Shown here: piece by piece, positions 49,024 to 58,186 of the stretch
How the letters are laid out: each line of letters opens with the position of its first letter
Position numbering within the stretch: the first letter of the stretch is position 1
From: an uncultured Bacteroidales bacterium
Lineage (GTDB): Bacteria; Bacteroidota; Bacteroidia; Bacteroidales; VadinHA17
Direction of reading: 5' to 3'
NCBI GenBank assembly: GCA_963782945.1
Contig: CAWALO010000021.1
Span: forward strand, 11,156-75,155
Length of the DNA: 64,000 bases
The notes under the pieces: model-generated
What the model was told of the DNA's origin: nothing
Database searches by the model: none
Seen by the model: the letters and a program-made list of their open reading frames with translations, nothing else
Translations under genes and position numbers: made by a program

Positions 49024-50142
49024 TCAGAGTTTTATGAAATATCTGTTTCTGTAAAGATAATAGAGAAGCAGCCATTCCAGTGCAGCTGATATCAAAGCAA
49101 TTACAAGGCTCTGAGCTGCACCGAGAGAATCCCTTATGCCATATATGAAGAAATAAGAGATATTGTCAAAGCTCATTACATGGGTAAGCATGTAGATAGT
49201 AATCGCATTCATGCCAACTACTACAAAGAAAAATGCCCATTTCTGGAATTTAAGTATCTCAATGAGCCAGTAGAAAAGGACCAGGTTAAGCATAGTCAGA
49301 CCACCTGCAAATAGTACGTAAGAACTTGTCCAGAGGTTTTTGATTATCGGGAACCATATAGACCAGATCAATCCGGCTGCAAGCAGGACAACAGCCGAGA
49401 CCAGCATGCCGAGGGCTTTCTTTTCCTTTGTGTTGTCATACTGAAGCCAGTATCCTGCCAGGACTCCAAGCAATGCTGTGGAAACAGTCGGAATCATATA
49501 GGGAGAGAGAAGGATCCTCCACTTAATGCCGATATTGGCAGCTACAAGTTTCGAGATATATTCATTGAAGTTACCTTCCCGGGTGAAGTTGCCTGCTCCG
49601 TAACCAGGAACGGGTATAAACTTCATAATAAGAAAATAAAATATAATTATTCCTCCTGTCCACAAAGCAACACCCCTGACTGAAGTGTTGAGCATTATCA
49701 GGGATGCAAAGAAGTAGCCTACAGCAAGCAGCTGGAGTACACCATAATATCCTATAACCTCCCCGTCATACTTCAGTTCCGGATCGCTGTATCCAAAACA
49801 GATAAGTCCAAGGATAAAAAGTATAATGGTCCTGATAAATATATGTTTATAAAGTTCTCTTTTCCCGGATGCCGATTCAAGTCTTCTTTTGTAAGAGAAT
49901 GGCAGGGTCAGTCCGATTATAAAAAGGAACATAGGGAAAATAAGATCATAATAGCGAAACCCTTCCCAGGGCACATGTTCCATCTGCGTATAAAGCATCC
50001 GGAAAAAGGAGTTATCAGATATTTCAGGCAATGCCCTTAGTATATAGCCACCGGCTACGAGCATAAACATCGTAAAACCGCGTAATGCATCAATTGACAC
50101 CAATCTTTCTGCTTTAATTGATTGTACCTTTTGCTTTTCCAT
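49024..50142 (-). CDS. HGSNAT-like (DUF5009/DUF1624) polytopic membrane acyltransferase
   Basis: RLVSIDALRGFTMFMLV is the N-terminal motif. There are about 10-11 hydrophobic spans. The size and pattern match bacterial heparan-alpha-glucosaminide N-acetyltransferase homologues (NagX-type). Confidence 0.6.
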   Translation of the reverse strand: MEKQKVQSIKAERLVSIDALRGFTMFMLVAGGYILRALPEISDNSFFRMLYTQMEHVPWEGFRYYDLIFPMFLFIIGLTLPFSYKRRLESASGKRELYKHIFIRTIILFILGLICFGYSDPELKYDGEVIGYYGVLQLLAVGYFFASLIMLNTSVRGVALWTGGIIIFYFLIMKFIPVPGYGAGNFTREGNFNEYISKLVAANIGIKWRILLSPYMIPTVSTALLGVLAGYWLQYDNTKEKKALGMLVSAVVLLAAGLIWSIWFPIIKNLWTSSYVLFAGGLTMLNLVLFYWLIEILKFQKWAFFFVVVGMNAITIYMLTHVMSFDNISYFFIYGIRDSLGAAQSLVIALISAALEWLLLYYLYRNRYFIKL

Positions 50143-50205
50143 GATATCAGGTCTTATCAGTATACTGCTTATCCGTCAGTTACTAATTATTAAACGGCTT
50201 ATCTA

Positions 50206-51315
50206 TCAGACTTTCAGGAATGTTTTCTTCCGGTATAGGAAATAGAGGAATAACCACTCCACCACCAGTATACAAATACTCATGAAAACCGGTTTTGCAT
50301 CACCAAGATAATCTATGAATCCATATACAAACTTGTTTACAAAGGCTTCAAAATCAAGAAACCTGACTGCCAGGTATATTGTAATTGAGTTAAGTCCCAC
50401 GACCACAAAAGGGAAAGCCCACTTTTTATAACCCCTGACATCAATAATCCAGTAAAACAAACTGAGTGTCATTGCACTCATACCGATTGCAAGCATTGCA
50501 TATGAGCTTGACCATAATCTGAAGATAATTGGAAAGGAGAAGTTCCAGATAAGGCCTGTTATAATGCTTGCCAATCCGGCTATGCCAAGTCCGAGCACTT
50601 TTTTATCCGGAGTATTTGCAGATCTGAGCCAGTGGCCTGCAAGAACTCCTGCAAGGCAAACAGCTATTGATGATAACTGCTGAAGTATCCCATCCTCATC
50701 ATATGAGCCGTTATATAACTTTCCGGGAAGCAACTTCTGATCGATAAAAGCATGAAGGTTTCCTTCAGGTGTAAGAACACCAGGACCAAAACCAGGTACA
50801 GGTACGAGGATCATAAGCAGCCAGTAAGAAATCAATAATGATCCGGCAATTATTGCCTGAGTTTTGATATCTGTATTCATTACTATAATGGCAGAAAAGA
50901 AATAAGCTATTGCTATTCTCTGAAGAACACCCGTATATCCAAAATCTGAAAAGTCGAAACCAAGAAATCCATTGATTACCAGCCCAATAATGAATAGCAG
51001 CAGACTGCGTTTGACTATATGGATATAAAGCTTGTTCCGGCTATACCCTTTTTGCAATCTTTTGGTTAACGCGAAGGGGAGGCTTGTGCCGACCATAAAG
51101 ATGAAAAGAGGGAAGATCAGATCATAAAGATGGAAACCATGCCATACTGTGTGCTCACATTGACCGGCAAGCCAGGTGAATAAGGCATTGTCTGAAAGTC
51201 TTGGAAGCGTCTGAAATACACCAGCAATTCCAACAAGGAATAACATGTCAAATCCCCTGAGAGCATCCAACGATACTAAGCGTCCTTCCTCCGGTTTATT
51301 ACCGTCTGTACTCAT
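50206..51315 (-). CDS. HGSNAT-like (DUF5009/DUF1624) membrane acyltransferase, tandem paralogue
   Basis: It has RLVSLDALRGFDMLFLV. It is colinear with 49024..50142, for example LWSSSYAMLAIG against LWTSSYVLFAGG, and KKWAFPFVVVGLNSITIY against QKWAFFFVVVGMNAITIY. Confidence 0.6.
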   Translation of the reverse strand: MSTDGNKPEEGRLVSLDALRGFDMLFLVGIAGVFQTLPRLSDNALFTWLAGQCEHTVWHGFHLYDLIFPLFIFMVGTSLPFALTKRLQKGYSRNKLYIHIVKRSLLLFIIGLVINGFLGFDFSDFGYTGVLQRIAIAYFFSAIIVMNTDIKTQAIIAGSLLISYWLLMILVPVPGFGPGVLTPEGNLHAFIDQKLLPGKLYNGSYDEDGILQQLSSIAVCLAGVLAGHWLRSANTPDKKVLGLGIAGLASIITGLIWNFSFPIIFRLWSSSYAMLAIGMSAMTLSLFYWIIDVRGYKKWAFPFVVVGLNSITIYLAVRFLDFEAFVNKFVYGFIDYLGDAKPVFMSICILVVEWLFLYFLYRKKTFLKV

Positions 51316-51406
51316 TGTCGAACGAATCTGTTATATTAAATATTTTAATTAAGCCGACGAAAATAGAAGGATAATGTGTTGATATTTGATGTCAGAATAA
51401 TGGTAA

Positions 51407-52264
51407 CTATTTTGGTATATCCGAGTAACTTATCAGTTGAATATTTTTCCTTTTTATTATATCCCTGGCTTTTTGAGAGCACATCAATAAAGTTACATCA
51501 CTTCGCTCTTTGCCCACCAGTCCGGGGTGAACAGCAAGGATCAGTGTCCCGGGTTTCAGATTTTCTAGAAGGTCGTAGAACATCTGTTTATTTTCATCCG
51601 GCATAGGTACAATATCATAATAGGCAATTGCTCCGTCGGGAAGCCGCTGTAATGGCCAGCTTTCAAAATCATTGTAAACCCATGTATATCCATTCTGGCT
51701 CCCTAAAACATTCTGACCATAGACCACATTCTGCTCAAGGCATATTTTCCTTACAATATCAGCTACAATTTCCGGTGGATTCATATGGTAATCCATGTAA
51801 ACAAAGTGAAGACCACTACTTACTGCCTTGTCTATCTGTGCCCTGATCTCCTTTTCGAAATCGGCAGGCACTGGATTTGCCTTGTCAAGCTCCTCTCTTG
51901 TATCAAAAAAATAACCTCTGGCATCCACAAGCGTCGGAATCTCTTCAGGTGATAAAACCGGTCTGAATCCTGTTCCCATAACAGCAATATGAATTCCTGC
52001 AGCCAGTTCAGGATTTTCTTTGCACATTTTCACACCTTCATAAAAAAAAAGCGATGCAGGCATAATGCTTGCTGATGTGACAATACCCTCCTTATGAGCC
52101 TTAATAATTGCATGATTGATATCATTATGGTAGCCCATATCATCTGCCCGTACGATCAGTTTAATAGGTTGTTGAGCGAGTACAATTGCCTGAAAAAATG
52201 TAAAAAGCACGAAGATCAAAAACATTATATATTTCATTTCCTTCAGGGTTTTGTAAATAATCAA
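51407..52264 (-). CDS. YdjC/ChbG-family carbohydrate deacetylase-like protein with a signal peptide
   Basis: KLIVRADDMGYHNDINHAIIKAHKEGIVTSASIMP matches the YdjC N-terminal metal-site block. A signal-like MKYIMFLIFVLFTFFQAIVLA is present. Confidence 0.6.
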   Translation of the reverse strand: MIIYKTLKEMKYIMFLIFVLFTFFQAIVLAQQPIKLIVRADDMGYHNDINHAIIKAHKEGIVTSASIMPASLFFYEGVKMCKENPELAAGIHIAVMGTGFRPVLSPEEIPTLVDARGYFFDTREELDKANPVPADFEKEIRAQIDKAVSSGLHFVYMDYHMNPPEIVADIVRKICLEQNVVYGQNVLGSQNGYTWVYNDFESWPLQRLPDGAIAYYDIVPMPDENKQMFYDLLENLKPGTLILAVHPGLVGKERSDVTLLMCSQKARDIIKRKNIQLISYSDIPK

Positions 52265-52338
52265 AAATTAAAATTACTAATAACACCTGGAAATTAATGA
52301 TACAAATATCCTTAGTTATAATAGTTTTATATCGGAAG

Positions 52339-53879
52339 CTACTCCTTGAAGTCTTCACTTTTATTTATAACCCTCGTACACTTTTTTAATGAGACTGCCT
52401 TCAATGATTTATTTGATGGAGAGGCTGCTGCACTCATGCTGGTCAGCTTCATATTATTTACATTTACCGCCTCAATGGCATGGGTATAATAGCTCGCCTC
52501 CACTCCATCCCAGCCAATACGTCCCTGGTTAAAATAAACATTGTCAGCGTTTTCGATATAAACAACCGGTACATCTGATTTGAATATCTCTTTCCCTGCT
52601 ACAGTATTGGGCCTCAAGTCAAAATTGCCCCCGCTGACTTTGTCCAAAGCACTCTTTCCAAGAATAAAATCAAAATTAGTGAAGAAGATATTCTGAAGTT
52701 TTGTCTCTTCAGATGCATACATCAGAATTGCATTTTCCCCCCTGCAGGTAATATTGGTAAAATGAATATTTTTTATTATCCCGATGGGACTATCGGGGAC
52801 TCCCCGTAAAGCTGAAATTTTTATTGGTTCACCATTCCCCCACCAGTCACCGGTATGCATCCGTGGTCTCAATACGAATATTTGAAAAATTAACATTCTG
52901 AACTGAGCCTGAATCTCTTACAGTTATATTGATCCCGCAGTTTGAATCGAATATTGTAATATTGCAGAAATTATAATTTGACATGGAATTCTGATCCCAT
53001 CCCCCTATCCGGATGGCGCTGGATCTTGACCGGAGATATGCAATTGGATACATTGATATTCTGTGACGGTTTTATTATATTCTTGTATCCCGGATCACCA
53101 AAATGATGTGCATAGCCTGCAAGGACTATGGCATCATCACCACAGGAGATTATACAGCCGGATACATTGACATTGCTGCTGGAATTTATATCCAGTCCGT
53201 CGCTGTTCGGTATCAGCAGATTATTATCAATTGATATGTCAGTTACATTCACCCTGTCGCAATGAACAATCAGAAATGTCCAGTAAGGAGCATCCACAAC
53301 TTCGAAATCCCTAAGGGCAACGTTGGTGCAGTTGCTGAAGATTATCATCTGATGATACCTGTCCTTAGGCATAACAGGACCATCGCCAAGTCCCGACTCT
53401 ACTCTACGGAAATCATACCCCTGCCGTATGTATTTATTGACATCACCACGAATGACCTTTGCACTGTCCTTATACATAAATTCCATTCCCTGGCCGAATA
53501 TTCTGCCCTGACCCGTTATTGAAACATCATGAGAATCTTCAGTGTAGAATACACCTGCAGGTTGTTCATTATGCTTCTGATATTGTGAAAGATCGGTTGT
53601 TGCTTTCAGAACTGCTCCGCTTTCAAGATGGAATTCAACATTGGATTTCAGATTAAGGGTGCCAACAAGGTATTCCCCCTGAGGAACGTAGACCACCCCA
53701 CCTCCGTTTATGAAGCATCTGTCAATAGCATTCTGAATCTGTGAAGTTGTAAGCTCTTTGCCATTGTTTTTGGCGCCGAAATCCATTACATTATAGACGG
53801 CTGAATGTGAAGTCAGATTAAGTACCGTGAATAATGAACAGAATAGTATTATTTTTTTCATAACTACAATATTTTTCAA
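52339..53879 (-). pseudogene. GH28 polygalacturonase-family hydrolase split into three frames (two frameshifts, ~53000-53050 and ~52850-52895)
   Basis: ORF 52971..53879 carries NSDGLD and CGDDAIVL. ORF 52847..53053 carries RSSAIRIGG. ORF 52339..52896 carries the parallel beta-helix tail. The low coordinates are 0, 2 and 1 mod 3. Confidence 0.8.
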
Positions 53880-53924
53880 GTATTATTTCATAAAGTACCC
53901 CAATGCGCCTGCAAAGGATACCCT

Positions 53925-54030
53925 TTCTGCCTCCCTAGTGAAGACCCCCTTTCTCCCCCTAGGGGGGGTAAAATACCTTATTAAACACTGTTATATTCTG
54001 ACACGAGTATTAGCCCCACTTCAGGGGGGT
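53925..54030. repeat. GC-rich intergenic element with C-tract/G-tract hairpins
   Basis: CCCCCTAGGGGGGG lies at 53955..53968 and CCCCACTTCAGGGGGG at 54014..54029. The surrounding spacer is otherwise AT-rich. Confidence 0.5.
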
Positions 54031-54071
54031 AGAGGGCTAAACCTTGATCTACTATGAGTAAGTTCTTAAAA

Positions 54072-56308
54072 TTATTTACATTCTAAAATTGAAACAAACT
54101 CCTTATTCGGACTGGCACTCATTGTAAATTCTAGAATTCTTCCGCTCATGATCTCTTCATGTGTAATATACGACCTGTCAAGAGCTTTTCCATTGAAGGT
54201 CACCTCCTGTATGTATTTATTTTCCTTTGAAGCCAGAGGAGCTTTAACAGTAAAATACTTTCCGGGGGCAACTTCAAGTTCAGCCTCCTGTACTATTGGT
54301 GACCCGAACTGATATTTTAAATCTGAAGGATTCACCGGATAGAATCCAAGGGCGCTGAAGATATACCATGCCGACATCTGGCCGCAATCTTCATTACCGC
54401 ATAGTCCGTCGGGGGCTGTTGTGTACATAGTGGTCTGTATCTGACGGTTAAGCTCCTGTGTACGCCATGGCATTCCACAGAAGTTGAAGAGAAATGTAGT
54501 ATGATGACCAGGCTCATTTCCATGGGCATAAGCTCCGATCAGGCCTGAAATATCTGGTGATGCCTCCTCTCCTGCCACACCCTGCTCCACTTTAAACAGC
54601 TTATCAAGCTTTTCTGCGAATGGTTCTTTTCCTCCGAACAATGAGATGAGTCCTTCCGGATTATGAGGTACTATCCATACATACTGCCATGCATTCCCCT
54701 CAGTATAATCGCTTCCTTCATGCTTTGAGAAAACGGGATCAAAAGGTTCAGTCCATTTGCCATTGCTGAGTTTCCCCCTCATGAATCCTGTTTCCTTGTC
54801 GAAATACTGCCTGTAACTCTCCGCACGTTTGAAGAAGTATTCTGCATCTGCCGACTTGCCAAGCTTTTGGGCTACAGCGGCAACTGCCCAGTCATCAACT
54901 GCCACTTCAAGGGATTTTGCGACAGACTGCGGAACCTTATCTGCAGGCATATAACCCAATTTATCATACAAACCCATACCATCCCTGTCATGGAATGATG
55001 TCGCTTTCATGGCTTCATACGCCAGCTCAACATCAAAATCCCCAATTTCCTTCAAGATAGCCTCAGCAATAACTGATATTGAGTGATTGCCTACCATGCA
55101 GAAAGTTTCATTTCCTTCCAGTTCCCAGACAGGAAGGATTCCACACTGTTTATAATGATCGAGCATGCTCTTAACCATATCATTTACCCGTGGCTGCTGA
55201 GTGATTGTAAAGAGCGGATGAAGAGCCCGATAGGTATCCCAGAGTGAAAAGACGGTGTAACGGTTATAGCCGTCAGCCTTCTGTGTCGTCACCGTTCAAG
55301 ACCTTTGAACTGGCCATTAATGTCTGAGAAAAGTGCAGGAGCCACCATTGTATGATAAAGTGAGGTATAGAAATATTGTCTTTTGCTGATGGATCATCTG
55401 ACTTAATGCGGATCTTTGCCAAGTTCCTTCTCCCAGGCATCTGAGGCAGCCTGTCCTCATATGCCTCAAAGTCCCACCCGGGAAGAGATGCATCAAGATT
55501 TTCGAGTGCATTTTCGACACTCACTGACGATATCCCGACCTTTGCCATAACCACGTTATCTGGAAAAACTGAAACAACCAACAACCTTCTCTTCACCTCC
55601 TACAGTCGTCAATATCAGATTTTACAATTGGCTCTGAGAATCTGACAGCAAAAAAGACATGCTGATCGGCGGCCCATCCGGCGAGAGCCTTGAACCTGTA
55701 ACAAGTGTATCATTAACATACTTAATGAACTATTTGTAAGGCTTATCCCAGTTAATGGCAAATCCAAGATTTATTATCAGATTGTTTTCTCCTGTTCCGG
55801 GAAAAGTGTAGCGGTGCAGCCCTGCCCTTTCAGTAACAGTAAATTCCGCCTTTATGTCATTATTCTGATCAAGGTAACTGAATAATATCCAGCTTCAGCT
55901 GTTTCATGATCATGACTGTATTTCCCGGCATATCGTTTTACGAAATCAGCATTTTTTCTCACCTCTGATAAATGAGACCTCTGATGTTACCGGAAGAAAG
56001 GAGATGTCAGCAAGATCACCAATTCCTGTCCCGCTGAGATGAAGATGACTGAATCCTGCAAGGGTACTGTCGGAATAATTGTAACCGGAGCACCAGTCCC
56101 AGCCCTGGGTGCCATTATCGGGACTAAGCTGGATCTGTCCGAAGGGATATGCCGCTCCGGGATATGTGTGACCGTGGGAAGCTGTTCCGATGAAAGGATT
56201 TACAAAATCGGTAAGCCGGTCCTGTTGAACTGGTTTGACTGCTGGTACTGAACACGCAATAAACAACATTGCGCAGCCTGTCAGAAGAAAAAAATGTCGG
56301 GTCATCAT
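54072..56308 (-). pseudogene. GH92 alpha-mannosidase-family gene, full length but with about six frameshifts and one in-frame TAG
   Basis: VNPFIGTASHGHTYPGAAYPFGQIQLSPD is the N-terminal ORF. Across shifting frames come AEAGYYSV / LDQNNDIKAEFTVTERAGLHRYTFP / AGWAADQHVFFAVRFSEP / VVMAKVGISSVSVENALENL / FYTSLYHTMVAPALFSDINGQFKG. The intact tail has SLWDTYRALHPL, GNEPGHH and CGNEDCGQMSAWY. Confidence 0.85.
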
Positions 56309-56420
56309 CAGGGTTATTGGTGAACTGGTATAAAAGTAAAGAAAAAGTATTTAAATCCTAAATTCATTAAAGTCAGATTGAGAATTAGAATGTCCAGCGT
56401 TATACATTTGGGAGTTTCTA

Positions 56421-56487
56421 CCCCCTAAATCCTCCATACGGGGGGGTTGGGGGGTTGATGTGAAGAGAGGATGTCCCCCAGATGGGG
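56421..56487. repeat. GC-rich intergenic element with C-tract/G-tract hairpins
   Basis: CCCCCTAAATCCTCCATACGGGGGGG lies at 56421..56446, GGGGGG at 56449..56454 and CCCCCAGATGGGG at 56475..56487. Confidence 0.5.
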
Positions 56488-56552
56488 TCCCATAGCTCCC
56501 TTAAGGTTAGATATTTATAGTATCTTTAACAGATAAAATCAATAACAATATT

Positions 56553-57473
56553 ATGTTTATGAAAAGAAAACCTTTTTACATGTCTGTTTCTCATCTTGTT
56601 ATAATAGTTACAGTACTTCTGTTTCTGGGTTGTAAGTGTGAGAAGAAAGAGAAGGATTCATTCAGCGTGGCATTTCTTACCGATATTCATCTTCAGCCGG
56701 AGGATGATGCTGTAAAAGGATTCACACAAGCTCTGGATACTGTTAATGCGTTAAACCCTGATTTTATTATAACGGGAGGTGACCTAATAATGGATGCCCT
56801 GGATCAGTCCTATGGTCATGCAGATTCACTCTATAATCTTTATACGGAGGTTGTAAAAAAAGCAAAAAGTCCTGTTTACAATACAATGGGGAATCATGAG
56901 ATTTATGGAATCTATAAAGAATTGGGGGCAGATCGGGCTAATCCTGAATATGGGGAAAAGATGTTTGAAAAGAGACTGGGGCATTCATACTATTCCTTCG
57001 AACATAAAGGATGGAAATTCATGATTATTAACTCGATCGAGGATACTAAAAATGGTAATTATGCCGGGCAGGTCGACACAGCACAGATTTCATGGATAAA
57101 AAGTGAATTAAAGAAAGCTGACTACACTACTCCGATTGTGTTGAGTACACATATTCCTTTCATTACAGCGTCGACTCAGAAATATGATGGATCCACTTTA
57201 CCAAATGACTCATCTCTGGTAGTTTTCAATTCCAAGGAAGTTATCAGCCTTTTCACTGGCTATAATCTTAAACTGGTACTTCAGGGGCATCTGCATACTG
57301 TGGAGGATATATATATTGACGGCATTCATTTTATAACCGGTGGGGCTGTTTCAGGTGGCTGGTGGAGAGGCCCCAATCGTGGTTTTGAAGAAGGATTCCT
57401 GTACATTACCTTCAGGAATGATGATTTCCGGTGGAGGTATGTGGATTACGGGTGGAATGTAAAGAATCACTGA
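56553..57473 (+). CDS. calcineurin-like metallophosphoesterase lipoprotein
   Basis: FLTDIHLQ, GGDLIMDA, GNHE, STHIP and GHLH are the canonical metallophosphoesterase motifs. The lipobox is LFLGC. Confidence 0.75.
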   Translation: MFMKRKPFYMSVSHLVIIVTVLLFLGCKCEKKEKDSFSVAFLTDIHLQPEDDAVKGFTQALDTVNALNPDFIITGGDLIMDALDQSYGHADSLYNLYTEVVKKAKSPVYNTMGNHEIYGIYKELGADRANPEYGEKMFEKRLGHSYYSFEHKGWKFMIINSIEDTKNGNYAGQVDTAQISWIKSELKKADYTTPIVLSTHIPFITASTQKYDGSTLPNDSSLVVFNSKEVISLFTGYNLKLVLQGHLHTVEDIYIDGIHFITGGAVSGGWWRGPNRGFEEGFLYITFRNDDFRWRYVDYGWNVKNH

Positions 57474-58167
57474 TTTGCATTGACTCCGTCAGGTTTTAGC
57501 CTGCCGTTTTCAATAACAAAAACACTATCGGCAAACTTTTCAGGAATATTTCCGTGTGTTGCAATTACAAGGGTCACCTTTTTGTCATCTTTCAGGTGCA
57601 TCAGATGTTCCAGTATCTCCTGTGCAGTCTCATCATCAACTGATCCGGTAGGCTCATCGGCAAATATTACAGATGGCTGTTTGATCAGCGATCTGATGAT
57701 CGCCACTTTCTGTTGCTGTCCGGCACTCAGCTCAGAAGGCATCAGCTCAGTCTTTGTCTGCCAGATTAAATTGTTTCAGGAGAGAGTAAATATTATCCCT
57801 TACAAGGCTTTTGGTCTAATCCTCCTGGTACTAGAGCGATCTCAATGTTCTCATAAACAGTATAAGTAGGTAAAAGGTTAAAGCCCTGGTAAATGATGCC
57901 TATCTTTTTTGACAACAATCTGCTTAATGAATTATCCGCCATTTCGCTGATACACTCATTCTCTATCATGACTTTACCATGAGTGGGCTTTATCAACCCG
58001 CTCATAAGACTCAGCAAAGTGGATTTTCCGGCTCCGGAACGACCTTTAAGCAACACCAGCTCACTCTTCCTGATACTCATATTTATATTATCCACAGCAG
58101 TAACGGTATTCTTTTTACCTGAATACTGTTTCGTCAGGGAGATACATTCGATTTGGTTTTCAGCCAT
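57467..58167 (-). pseudogene. ABC transporter ATP-binding protein (LolD/MacB-type) with two frameshifts about 55 nt apart
   Basis: Walker A GRSGAGKST is in ORF 57793..58167. The signature LSAGQQQKV and Walker B IFADEPT are in ORF 57467..57742. The linker SLVRDNIYSLLKQFNLADK reads only in the third frame. Confidence 0.8.
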
Positions 58168-58186
58168 TGTACAGCCTGAATAATGA

